A stretch of DNA of 64,000 nucleotides from Kiritimatiellia bacterium (GCA_041602695.1 JBFIFS010000005.1:503-64502), one strand, 5' to 3'; positions 48,183-57,182 are shown, counted from the first letter of the stretch. Numbers and translations: made by a program. The notes: generated from the sequence alone by a model not told the origin.

Positions 48183-49604
48183 TCAGACCTTTACGATTAC
48201 CGGCAGGCTGGCGGCGGCCAGCGCCTGCCCATGCCTTTTCTGTTTTTCGTCAGGTACGCGAAATGTGATGCCATCGCCCAGTTCCGGAAACTCCGCGGCC
48301 AGGACCTCCTCGGCTTTGACCTTGATTATTCCGCCCCCCTCCCCGCTCATCACGCGCCCCAGCAGCATCAGGTTTTCGAGCTCATAAAAGTCCGCGTAAT
48401 GCGCAACGGTGTATCCCAGATAAACCCCTATCGTCTCATAGATGAGCGCTGCCCTGTCATCGCCTTCCTCCATCAGGGCCTGGACACTGACGAGCTTCTC
48501 GGCCAGCGGCATGTCCTTCGGCAGATCTATGCCGGCCGGCTGGCAGAGCCTTGCTACAGCCTGCTGGGAGAAATACTGGACACCGCAGCCGGCGTCGCCC
48601 GACCACTCATCTACCGGAGCGTCGAACCGGTAGTCCACCGGGGCAAACGCCAGCTCATTCAGCCAGGTGGTGACGTTCCCCTCAGGCGTAACGTACCCGG
48701 CCGCCTGGCTCGTCCCCATCGCAACCCCGAGCAGCGCGTTCACGTCATCTGCCATGGAACCTGCCAGCGCCGTGACCTCTCCATCGTTTATTACATCAAA
48801 CGGAACGCCCCATTCCTTGCCAAGGTCGACAAACATGGAAATAACGTGTTTCTCGAAGTCTTCGTCGGAGACGCCGCGAAACAACGATGCCACCCTCACC
48901 AGGTTGTCCACGTATATACCCGCCGCGCTCCCTCCAATGGCGTCCACTCTGGGCAGTTTTTCAGCAGCGCGCCTGAGTGAATCCCGTATTCCTTCCAGAT
49001 GGTAGGACGGATCCTTTTCGAAGTAAGGGTCCCAACGGACTTCCTCGGAGTGCACAAGAACTCCGTCCTTGACGGCTGCACACTTCCTGTCACTCCCGCC
49101 GAGGTCAAAACCTATTCTGCATCCATCCATATGGCGGCCGAGCGGCATCGAGGAGGCCGCTTCACGCAGCTCGCCGGGGTCCTTTACGTGTTCGACGGCA
49201 ATCGGCCTTCCATAGACCTTCTGCCCAATCAGCTCATTGTCGAATCCGCGCGGGCCGTCCTGCGAATATTCGCCCGCTATGAATTCCGCCAGTTCCCTGC
49301 TCCCTGAAACCCTGATCTTCCACCCGCCCCTCTGCCACAGAAGAAACTTCACAATCCGTTCAATATAGCGTGCATTCAGGTGCGCGTAAGGCGACCCGTC
49401 CTGCGCGACGTTTGTCCGGAATACGGAAACCACATCCTCGCTTTGCTCAAGCGCTATTGACACAGGCGTGCTTTCGCCTTCAAGCGACTTTCGGTATGCC
49501 CTGTTCCACAAGGCAGCGGGCAGAAACCCCGAATCAAGAGGCGGCTTGATTGATGGCTCGACACAAATATCTCTACTGTCCATATCAGCTTCCCAGCACT
49601 TCAT
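48183..49604 (-). CDS. ROK/ASKHA-fold sugar-kinase-like protein with ~150-aa N-terminal extension
   Basis: 473 aa with GFDLGGSDRK, IGGSAAGIYVDN, INDGEVTALAG, LGVAMGTSQAAGYV. An alternative start at ATG 49583 (MDSRDIC) lies 1 nt after the upstream stop. Confidence 0.65.
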   Translation of the reverse strand: MKCWEADMDSRDICVEPSIKPPLDSGFLPAALWNRAYRKSLEGESTPVSIALEQSEDVVSVFRTNVAQDGSPYAHLNARYIERIVKFLLWQRGGWKIRVSGSRELAEFIAGEYSQDGPRGFDNELIGQKVYGRPIAVEHVKDPGELREAASSMPLGRHMDGCRIGFDLGGSDRKCAAVKDGVLVHSEEVRWDPYFEKDPSYHLEGIRDSLRRAAEKLPRVDAIGGSAAGIYVDNLVRVASLFRGVSDEDFEKHVISMFVDLGKEWGVPFDVINDGEVTALAGSMADDVNALLGVAMGTSQAAGYVTPEGNVTTWLNELAFAPVDYRFDAPVDEWSGDAGCGVQYFSQQAVARLCQPAGIDLPKDMPLAEKLVSVQALMEEGDDRAALIYETIGVYLGYTVAHYADFYELENLMLLGRVMSGEGGGIIKVKAEEVLAAEFPELGDGITFRVPDEKQKRHGQALAAASLPVIVKV

Positions 49605-50745
49605 CTACCTGTTTCCAGTAAGGTGAACAGTCGACAATCTTGCCTGTATCCATGGCTTCGTCAATAGCGAAGCATGTCACGGCTGAGTTAAGGCCCTCCA
49701 GAAGCCCGACCCTGGGCTCTACGCCTTCGAACATCGAAGCCAGCACTTCATCGGCCTGAGGGTCCCCTCCACCGCCGTGACCGCCCTTTGAGCCGCTTGC
49801 CTCGTCTTTGACTTCAGTATCAAATCCTATGCGCTTCACCTCGATCTCGCCCGTGAGAACGTTGGCACGCATAGTGCCCTCCGTCCCGCAGATATACATG
49901 CGGCGCTCAGGCATGGCTGTATTGCAGTTCGTGTGGAAGGTCGCGCGCACTTCATTCTCGAATTCGATGATAGCTACCTGATTATCGACAACATCCTTGT
50001 CGGCTTCAAAAGGGCAAAGCTCGGGTGTTGAGGAGCTGCGCCACGTCCTGTAGGCGTCCTTGCCATCCTTGTTCTTGCCGATTCGCTGAATGTGCCTCTT
50101 GTTCTCCGGCTTGAAGAAATTGGTGCCCCCGAAAGAAGCCACCTTTTTCGCGCGGGAGTCGACGAGCCAGTTGACAAGATCCACATCGTGACAACACTTT
50201 TCAAGCAGGTGCGTTCCCGCGTGCTCCCGCAACCTGCGCCAATCACTGTGTATGTAGGCACCATGGTTGAAATCAAGCGTCTCGTTAAACTCCATGCTGA
50301 TGATGTCTCCGATTGCCCCTTCATCTATCAGCTTTTTCATCTTCAGGTAGTGGGCGGAATAGCGCAGAACGAAACCTATGCTGAACATCTTACCGCTCTT
50401 CTTCCAGGCCCTTGCCATTGAGAGACAGTCCTCGAGAGTGGTGGCCAGGGGTTTTTGACAGAAGACGTGCTTACCCGCCCGGAAGGCGGCTACCGTTTGC
50501 TCGCAATGAGCACTATTCCAAGATGCGATCCATACCCAGTCCACCTCTGGCGCGTTCACAAGCGTTTCAGTGTCTTCGTAGACCTTTATGTCAGGATTCA
50601 GCTTGCGCCCCCTCTCAACCGCCTTGGGATCTGGATCAAACATTGCAACGACACTGATGTCATCGCTCTTTTCTTGCATCCGCCTAAGGTCACCGGCACC
50701 CATTCCACCACAGCCAATTACGCCAATTCCTATTTTCTTCTGCAT
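49585..50745 (-). CDS. Gfo/Idh/MocA-family NAD(P)-dependent oxidoreductase
   Basis: 386 aa with N-terminal Rossmann IGIGVIGCGGMGAGDL, ...VFCQKPLA..., and a C-terminal alpha/beta dimerisation domain. Confidence 0.88.
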   Translation of the reverse strand: MQKKIGIGVIGCGGMGAGDLRRMQEKSDDISVVAMFDPDPKAVERGRKLNPDIKVYEDTETLVNAPEVDWVWIASWNSAHCEQTVAAFRAGKHVFCQKPLATTLEDCLSMARAWKKSGKMFSIGFVLRYSAHYLKMKKLIDEGAIGDIISMEFNETLDFNHGAYIHSDWRRLREHAGTHLLEKCCHDVDLVNWLVDSRAKKVASFGGTNFFKPENKRHIQRIGKNKDGKDAYRTWRSSSTPELCPFEADKDVVDNQVAIIEFENEVRATFHTNCNTAMPERRMYICGTEGTMRANVLTGEIEVKRIGFDTEVKDEASGSKGGHGGGGDPQADEVLASMFEGVEPRVGLLEGLNSAVTCFAIDEAMDTGKIVDCSPYWKQVDEVLGS

Positions 50746-50829
50746 CTTATCCTCCTTGACTTGTTCCAGATACTATAGGACAGTCATAATAGATTAAGAA
50801 TAGCGAAATTATCCTTTTATTTAACATTA

Positions 50830-51717
50830 ATGACTCTTACAGCTCTTAAAGAAACAGCGAGCGGCATCGCCGACCCAAAAGACTATTTTCTCGGTGTGGA
50901 CCCGCTTCCGAGCCGACTTCCTACGAGCGTGCTTCAGTTCCTGCGCCGAGACGCATCGCACATGGACCCCGCGCACGGGCCTGCCGTTCATCATCGGTTC
51001 GTCCTCCTCGCCAACATGGAGACCAGCGGCTACGTTATCCTTGACGGCAGCACCATACCGATACACCCGGGTGAAGGCCTGTTGATATTCCCCTTCCAGA
51101 GCCACCACTACGCAAGACTCTCCAGGGAAAGGAACGCAAGCTGGCTGTTCACCACCTTCGAATATGAAGACCCGAAGGAGCTGGACCCGCTGCGGGACAC
51201 TTCATTTCAATATGAAGAAGCAGACATTAGCCGTCTGGTGCGGCTGACTTCCTCGCTCATGGAACACTGGGAGGGAAGGCGAAGCGGAAGATCTGCGCCC
51301 TTCGAACTCGCATTGCTATTGAGCGCGCTTCTCAACCGTCGCAGCAGCTATCTCTCAGCCTCAGGCGGAGTGCCCGACGGCGGATTTCCAAACATCGACT
51401 TTCTTCAAAAGGTCACTCTATACATACACCGGAACCTGGACAGGTGCATGACGATGGATGAAATCGCCCGTGAGGCAGGCCTCTCATCCAGCAGGCTGAG
51501 AGCCAAATTCAAGGCCCTCACCGGGATCAGCTTGGGCAAATATGTTCGCCAGACAAGGATGCATAAAGCCAGAAACCTTCTCCACGGCACCTCCCTTAAT
51601 GTCACCCAGGTCGCCCTGAGCTGCGGCTTTGACTCGCTGTTCTCATTCAGTCGCGCATTTCGCTCTGCGACTGGACAATCCCCAAGCAATTTCAGGAAAA
51701 AGACCAGAAAGCTTTAA
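50830..51717 (+). CDS. AraC-family transcriptional regulator (cupin sensor + HTH)
   Basis: 295 aa. N-terminal cupin-like HRFVLLANMETSGYVILDG; C-terminal MTMDEIAREAGLSSSRLRAKFK...VTQVALSCGFDSLFSFSRAFRSATGQSPSNFR. Divergent from the Gfo operon across an AT-rich 84-nt spacer. Confidence 0.9.
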   Translation: MTLTALKETASGIADPKDYFLGVDPLPSRLPTSVLQFLRRDASHMDPAHGPAVHHRFVLLANMETSGYVILDGSTIPIHPGEGLLIFPFQSHHYARLSRERNASWLFTTFEYEDPKELDPLRDTSFQYEEADISRLVRLTSSLMEHWEGRRSGRSAPFELALLLSALLNRRSSYLSASGGVPDGGFPNIDFLQKVTLYIHRNLDRCMTMDEIAREAGLSSSRLRAKFKALTGISLGKYVRQTRMHKARNLLHGTSLNVTQVALSCGFDSLFSFSRAFRSATGQSPSNFRKKTRKL

Positions 51718-51791
51718 ATCGAGGAGCTTTCTCCAATTTGACTATTTTAGAGGAAACGTGTATAATCAAAGCCATTAAGGAGGAGTAAGGG

Positions 51792-52337
51792 ATGAAAGTA
51801 GTGATGAAAATATTATTGGCGGCTGTGCTAACTGTCGCCTTCTCTGGTTGCGAAAGCGCATTGATAGATGATCTCAGGGATGAAGCTGATAACGAACTTA
51901 ACTCAGCTAACCTGAGTGATTCCACCTTAATCGACGATGCCACAACGTCGACCTCAAGCGGCGACGCAATACCAATAAGCAGCATCAGCTGGCTTGGGGA
52001 CAACTATTCAAGCGCCAGCAGGACGGCCACCATTACGGGCGCCAGCCTGAACAGCAGCACTATCACCACCAGCTACGAGCCGTATAATTGGCCGCGGGCC
52101 ACCGTGAAAGTGAGCGTAGACGCCATATGCTGCCTTTTCTACGAGCGCGGCGGACAGATAGTCGGCGGAAAGTTTGACTGGTGGCGAACCGGCGGGCAAG
52201 GCTCGAAAGGGCTGGAGAATGTTCATCATGGCTATCAGGGGCACAGCATGCCTTCGGCAGGCACTCCGACCTATACGATGATAGTATCGGTCGACGGCCG
52301 CCAGAGAAGCAACATTCAGGCATGCTCCTGGCGCTAA
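51792..52337 (+). CDS. Lipoprotein of unknown fold, paralog 1
   Basis: 181 aa; AGGAGG upstream; lipobox AFSGC; conserved C-terminal ~125-aa module shared with the next gene. Confidence 0.8.
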   Translation: MKVVMKILLAAVLTVAFSGCESALIDDLRDEADNELNSANLSDSTLIDDATTSTSSGDAIPISSISWLGDNYSSASRTATITGASLNSSTITTSYEPYNWPRATVKVSVDAICCLFYERGGQIVGGKFDWWRTGGQGSKGLENVHHGYQGHSMPSAGTPTYTMIVSVDGRQRSNIQACSWR

Positions 52338-52447
52338 TCTGCCCCGGAAAGCAGAGCCCGAGTGGACGGCTTGATCAAAATGTCAGTCCATATGATTGAC
52401 ATATCCGCACGGTGTTGACAATATCCGCAAAACCAACAGGAGGTTGT

Positions 52448-52930
52448 ATGAGTCGAGTGAGTGTAGTGGGTGCAGCGCTGGCTGCAGTGGTCTTGGTATG
52501 CGGCTGCGAAAGCAGCTCCAGCAGCGTCGGAAGCGGCGGCAGCGGCGGTTCCGGTGGCGATGCGATAGATATCAGCAGTATAAGCTGGCTTGGGGACAAT
52601 TATTCGGGCGCAACCCGTACCGCCACCCTGAACAGCGCATCCATGAGCGGTGATACTCTTTCTGTGTCCTACGAGCCTTACAGCTGGCCGCGCGCCACCG
52701 TAAAGGTAAGCGTTGATGCGATCTGCTGCCTCTTCTACGAACGCGGCGGACAGTTAGTCGGCGGAAAGTATGATTACTGGCGGACAGGCGGACAGGCATC
52801 GAAGAACCTTGAAAACGTGCATCACGGATATCAGGGTCATTCCTGGCCGGCGGCGGGCTCCAAGGTTTATACGATGAACGTGTCGCTTGACGGAAGCCAG
52901 CGAAGCAACATCATTGAAGTCAGCAGGTAG
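52448..52930 (+). CDS. Lipoprotein of unknown fold, paralog 2
   Basis: ORF 52412..52930 (TTG); start trimmed to ATG 52448, preceded by AGGAGG. Lipobox LVCGC, Gly/Ser linker, same conserved module as paralog 1. Confidence 0.8.
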   Translation: MSRVSVVGAALAAVVLVCGCESSSSSVGSGGSGGSGGDAIDISSISWLGDNYSGATRTATLNSASMSGDTLSVSYEPYSWPRATVKVSVDAICCLFYERGGQLVGGKYDYWRTGGQASKNLENVHHGYQGHSWPAAGSKVYTMNVSLDGSQRSNIIEVSR

Positions 52931-52953
52931 TCCACATAACATTTTAATCTGAC

Positions 52954-52986
52954 AAGGGCGCGGTTATATAGCCGCGCCCTTTTTCT
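52954..52986 (+). terminator. Rho-independent terminator after paralog 2
   Basis: AAGGGCGCGG-TTATATAG-CCGCGCCCTT followed by TTTTC, 24 nt after the stop; it could also serve the convergent gene. Confidence 0.7.
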
Positions 52987-53045
52987 ATATATTAAGCGAC
53001 CTGAGGGAGAGCTTACCCCGCCCACTTTTTCATCCGACTTCCGGA

Positions 53046-54521
53046 CTATCTGAGCAGTTTGTCCTTTGTGCTCTGCGGAAGGTCGGTCTGGCTTACATAC
53101 TCGCGCGCGGCATCGGGCGCCTTTCTCTTCCAGCTCGAGGCTATCTGCTCCATGAGCCGCCAGCGCTCCTTCTGGTCCGTCACTGAGAATGACCATGCCG
53201 CAGCGTAAGCCGGGTCCTGCGGCAGAACTGCGCGCGCGAACCTGCCGACGGCCGGATCAGTCTCCTGAGATGCAGGGAAGAGCCCCAGAAGCCATTCAGC
53301 CGCCTGAATCGGATCTTCGTTCACCCAGGCGCCCACAACCGTTGATATCTGCCGCGCACGCGACTCCCCCTCTGGCACCTCAGCAACAACCCATTCAGCC
53401 GCAGCGCGTGGATGGTCTCGCGACCATGCCGAAACAAAGGCGTTGAGTGCACGGTCCTGGTGTTCGGCCTCCGGCACGGTAAATACCCACTCGCCAAGCA
53501 CTGATGTCTCGTAACGCGCCATGCTCCCCATTATGACATCTATCACCGCCTTCTTGTCAGCGTCCGCCTCTGCAATGCCATAGAGCTCCAGGACCTCATT
53601 CTCTCGCTGAAGATACATGAGCCGCTGCGTGACGGATTGAAGAGCTCCCTTTCTCATTCCGAGCGTGGGCAAGTCCCAGAGCCCGTCTATTGCTGCCACG
53701 GGAGCCTTGACTGCAAGCTTCGAGTAGAACTGACGGGTCAGATCGTTGAGCAGGAACGGGTCGATCTCAGCGCTTTTAACAAACCACGCGTGGGCCTGCT
53801 CAGGCGAATCTCTCAGCCAGCTGTGAAGCATGTTGCTCAAGGCCGCATTTCGAGTGCCCCGCCGCTCGATACACAGCGCGAAATCCGCGGCCGCGGCAGT
53901 GTCCTGCTGGGCCCATCTGTGCATCGCGCCAATCAGCTGCTTCTCTACAGCACGGCTCCAGTCCGCATCCTCCAGCCCTTCCAAAATCTCCATGACTCCG
54001 GGAGGAATGTCGATAAGAGTCTCCTTTACGCCCGGAAACTTCCTGCCCTGTGACGGACGCTTTGCCGGTGCGCCTTTCTTCTTGGAAGAAGACTTCTTTG
54101 CCACGGCCTTATTCCCAGGCACAACGGCAGGTTTCTGCCCCTTTTGTGAAGGGGCAGTCTTCTTTACCGAAGGCTTCTTCGCTGGGCCAGCAGTTGGCTT
54201 CGTGCTTTTCGCGGCGGCTCCTGCGGCCTTGTTTGGCGCAGGCATGTTCGTCTTTCCCTTCAGCGAAGGAATGCGGTCTGACGGGTCCTCTTCTTCCGAA
54301 TGGCCGCGACTAATATCGAGAAGAAGGCCTCCGTGCCCCAACAGCCCGCCATTCTCTTCTTCCTCGTCAGAGATCACCTCAGGCTCAGGCTCATATTCTT
54401 CCGATCTCGGCATGACCGCCCGCACACCAACCAGAATGGAGACAGCGAGTAGTCCCGCCAGGACGGACTCGAGCCTCGTAAACCCCTGAATATCCCTGAT
54501 TTTCACCAAAATCTGACGCAT
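53046..54521 (-). CDS. Protein with prepilin-type (class III) signal, Lys/Ala/Pro-rich linker and helical W..DP..AA.W repeats
   Basis: 491 aa. N-terminus MRQILVKIRDIQ-G-FTRLE-SVLAGLLAVSILVG fits G/FTLxE plus a hydrophobic helix. Basic low-complexity region KKPSVKKTAPSQKGQKPAVV... Repeats SWLRDSPEQAHAWF, AWSRDHPRAAAEWV, AWVNEDPIQAAEWL, SWKRKAPDAAREYV. Confidence 0.72.
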   Translation of the reverse strand: MRQILVKIRDIQGFTRLESVLAGLLAVSILVGVRAVMPRSEEYEPEPEVISDEEEENGGLLGHGGLLLDISRGHSEEEDPSDRIPSLKGKTNMPAPNKAAGAAAKSTKPTAGPAKKPSVKKTAPSQKGQKPAVVPGNKAVAKKSSSKKKGAPAKRPSQGRKFPGVKETLIDIPPGVMEILEGLEDADWSRAVEKQLIGAMHRWAQQDTAAAADFALCIERRGTRNAALSNMLHSWLRDSPEQAHAWFVKSAEIDPFLLNDLTRQFYSKLAVKAPVAAIDGLWDLPTLGMRKGALQSVTQRLMYLQRENEVLELYGIAEADADKKAVIDVIMGSMARYETSVLGEWVFTVPEAEHQDRALNAFVSAWSRDHPRAAAEWVVAEVPEGESRARQISTVVGAWVNEDPIQAAEWLLGLFPASQETDPAVGRFARAVLPQDPAYAAAWSFSVTDQKERWRLMEQIASSWKRKAPDAAREYVSQTDLPQSTKDKLLR

Positions 54522-54668
54522 TTCTCAACTTTCTGAATGGTAATAGTAGTCATGTCCTCACTTTCTTTCAACCCTGAGGCATATCCAGCGCTCGATTCGG
54601 GGAACTAACAGCATCTTTCTCTGAAGATCCTTTCTCATGGATACGTCTAAGGATCAGGGGGAAACAAG

Positions 54669-54977
54669 ATGAAAGACATCTCGAGGAGAGACAGGTTGTG
54701 CAGGCAGCTGGAGCAGTTTGCCGCCATCCTCGCCGTCCTGATACGAGGCGATGAATGCAACCGGCGTCCCCGAGAAATTGACTCCGCAGTCGGAAAGAAG
54801 ATTGTGGCTGCCGAGCGGGAGATGATGAGTATATCCAGTGAATTGATCGAAACCCTGACTCTCGACGATTCATCTGACGTGTCCAACTACGTGCATGCCC
54901 TGTATTCCAGCCGGCGGCGCTTCGCCAGTCGCGGAATTCGCTCCACCAGTCCGGACATGCTGGCCGGCGTGATCTAG
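54669..54977 (+). CDS. Small hypothetical protein (102 aa)
   Basis: ATG preceded by GGGGGA 7 nt upstream; GC-rich third positions similar to neighbouring genes; no motif recognised. Competes with an Arg/Ser/Trp-rich antisense ORF, which I consider spurious. Confidence 0.45.
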   Translation: MKDISRRDRLCRQLEQFAAILAVLIRGDECNRRPREIDSAVGKKIVAAEREMMSISSELIETLTLDDSSDVSNYVHALYSSRRRFASRGIRSTSPDMLAGVI

Positions 54978-55063
54978 ACGCACTGACAGTCACCAAATAT
55001 GCCTTGTTCCTGAGACGCTCATATACCTATGATCTTAATCAGGAAAAGTTAAGGACCCAGCAC

Positions 55064-56113
55064 ATGAGCCGACAGATAGCGTTAGACAACATCCACATGA
55101 AGCCGGCCGCTCGCTGGGCACACACTGAGTACAGCCTTGACTATCATGAGGACTATATCGCCAGGCGAACTGCCAGGCCACCAGGCTCGACGGAGGCGAT
55201 GACTGAGCTAAACAGGCTCTGGATGATCGATTTCTGCTGGGGTACAAACGACGGACTGCACAGCAATTGGGCAAAGCGTGGACGGGCCACGGACATGGGG
55301 CACGCCGCGTACGCTTCCGACGGCAGTGACAAAACAGAGGTGCACGAAAGCCCATTCAAGACCATCGAGGAAGTCTGGGCATTCGATGCCGTCGAGGAGT
55401 ACGGACTGCCTGAGCGTGACAAGCAAATCGCCGCGTATCAGGAGTATGTCGACAGGGCGCGGGAGAACAGGCCTGATCAGCTCACGACGGGCGGTTATTA
55501 CAGGACAATTGTATCGGGAGCGATACAGTCCTTCGGGTGGGACATGTTCCTCATGGCACTCTCTGACCCCAGGCGCATGGAAGCAGTATTCGACAGTTTC
55601 TTCCGAAGGACTCTTTTTCACATGGAATGCTGGGCGGCTACTGATATCGAAGCAGTAATACAGCACGATGATTTTGTCTGGTCTGAGGGCGCGTTCATGA
55701 ACCCCGAAATCTACAGGAAAGTCATCATCCCGAGATACTCTGAACTCTGGAAGCCTCTTCATGCAGCAGGAAAGAAAGTACTCTTCTGCTCGGACGCCAA
55801 CTTCATGGAGTTCGCCGAGGATGTTGCGGAAGCCGGTGCCGACGGCTTCATATTTGAACCCATGACAGATTTTGAGTTTATGGTCGACCGCTTCGGCTCA
55901 TCGCACTGCCTTGTAAGCAGCTGCGTTGACTGCCGCGATTTGACACTCGGTCATTGGGAAAGAGTCGAGTCGGATATTGCCCGGACTTCTGCACTTCTTG
56001 AAAAGTGCCGCGGCGCGATAGTTGCAACAGGAAACCACCTGCCCCCCAACATCCCGGAAGAGATGATGGACCGTTATATCGACGCCATCCTCCCCCTACT
56101 CATACGCCGGTAA
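55064..56113 (+). CDS. Uroporphyrinogen-decarboxylase (URO-D)-fold protein, MtaA/CmuA-like family (function uncertain)
   Basis: ORF 55004..56113 (TTG); start trimmed to ATG 55064, preceded by AAGGA. C-terminal pattern IQHDDFVWSEGAFMNPEIYRKVIIPRYSELWKPLHAAGKKVLFCSDANFMEFAEDVAEAGADGFIFEP resembles URO-D-fold TIM barrels. This is a by-eye assignment. Confidence 0.6.
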   Translation: MSRQIALDNIHMKPAARWAHTEYSLDYHEDYIARRTARPPGSTEAMTELNRLWMIDFCWGTNDGLHSNWAKRGRATDMGHAAYASDGSDKTEVHESPFKTIEEVWAFDAVEEYGLPERDKQIAAYQEYVDRARENRPDQLTTGGYYRTIVSGAIQSFGWDMFLMALSDPRRMEAVFDSFFRRTLFHMECWAATDIEAVIQHDDFVWSEGAFMNPEIYRKVIIPRYSELWKPLHAAGKKVLFCSDANFMEFAEDVAEAGADGFIFEPMTDFEFMVDRFGSSHCLVSSCVDCRDLTLGHWERVESDIARTSALLEKCRGAIVATGNHLPPNIPEEMMDRYIDAILPLLIRR

Positions 56114-56135
56114 ACAACTTATAATAGGAGAACAA

Positions 56136-57158
56136 ATGAAATACAGGAATGTGGAACTCCACAATGTATGGGAGATCAAGGACCGGGAGAACGGAGCGGG
56201 ATTTCTGACATGCCGCTATCCACTTGAGATCCTCCCAAACATATTCGAAGGGGCAAAGAACCGGTCCTGGGCCGGTGCCGGCTGCGAAATCAGAGGGATC
56301 CTTCCGCCGGGCGGTGAAGCAAGGATTGTAATCGAACCCCTTGATACGGACTGCGTTCCCTCGCTAGCGGAAATCTACTTCGGCTCATTCTTTGACCAGG
56401 TCATCACCCTTCAGAAAGAGAAAACCGAAATAGTCATTAAGGAACCCGCGAACTGGGAACTCATGGCTGAGATCACGCGTGATCGTAAACTGCCCTTTGC
56501 CCACAATCTTGTCAGGATCCTCATACCCCATCTCGTCCACAGCTGTATCCACAGCATAGAGGGTGACATAGCTTATCCGAATCCCGGCTCAACGCCCGGA
56601 AAGACCATGCTCTCCTATGGCTCATCCATCACACACGGCGCTCACGCGTACCGGCCCAGCGGCACCTATGCTTCCCAGGCCGCGCTCCATCTGGGATGTG
56701 ATCTCCTCAATCTCGGCGTCGGCGGCTCAGCAAGGATGGATGATGCGATAGCACGTCACATAGCTCAGCGCGAAGACTGGGACTTTGCAACGTTTGAAAT
56801 GGGAATCAATGTCCGCAGCATCTGGTCAAAGGATGAGTTCCAGTCGAAGGTCGACAACTTTGTAAGCACAATCCATCAGGCACAGCCCGACAAGCCTCTG
56901 TTCTGCATCGACCTGTTCACCAACAACTGCGACTTGATGAGCGATCCCGAATGGGGCGTCGGCTTCCGTGAGGCCGTCTCTGAAGTTGTCGCCAGTCAGA
57001 ATTCGGACAATGTCTTCTACGTGGACGGGAGAAGCATACTCACCGATCCATCCGGGCTCCGGCCTGACCTCGTCCACCCCGGCCCAGACGGCATGGTGGA
57101 TATGGGCCGCGCGCTGGCTCGAGTGATCCGAGATCAGTGCCCAGGCATCAGTCAATAG
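56136..57158 (+). CDS. SGNH/GDSL-type hydrolase (esterase) with N-terminal beta domain
   Basis: 340 aa. Block I MLSYGSSITHGAH (nucleophile Ser), block III-like GINV, block V DLVHPGPDG (DxxH). Confidence 0.8.
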   Translation: MKYRNVELHNVWEIKDRENGAGFLTCRYPLEILPNIFEGAKNRSWAGAGCEIRGILPPGGEARIVIEPLDTDCVPSLAEIYFGSFFDQVITLQKEKTEIVIKEPANWELMAEITRDRKLPFAHNLVRILIPHLVHSCIHSIEGDIAYPNPGSTPGKTMLSYGSSITHGAHAYRPSGTYASQAALHLGCDLLNLGVGGSARMDDAIARHIAQREDWDFATFEMGINVRSIWSKDEFQSKVDNFVSTIHQAQPDKPLFCIDLFTNNCDLMSDPEWGVGFREAVSEVVASQNSDNVFYVDGRSILTDPSGLRPDLVHPGPDGMVDMGRALARVIRDQCPGISQ

Positions 57159-57182
57159 CCAGAACACTTCACAGCGCTTTTC

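Larger units (their letters stand above)
51792..52930 (+). repeat. Tandem gene duplication (two ~0.5-kb units)
   Basis: Direct comparison of the two units: a long collinear match in the C-terminal two thirds (e.g. AGCTGGCTTGGGGACAA, GTCGGCGGAAAGT shared), and mirror-image antisense ORFs (MSPSQLMLLIGIASP / MSPSQLILLISIASP) in the track. Confidence 0.85.

Noticed and set aside
54568-54996. 142-aa minus-strand ORF in the 53046/55064 intergenic region.
   Set aside because: It is Arg/Ser/Trp/Cys-rich with no ribosome-binding site, and it overlaps the better-supported plus-strand 102-aa ORF in antisense.
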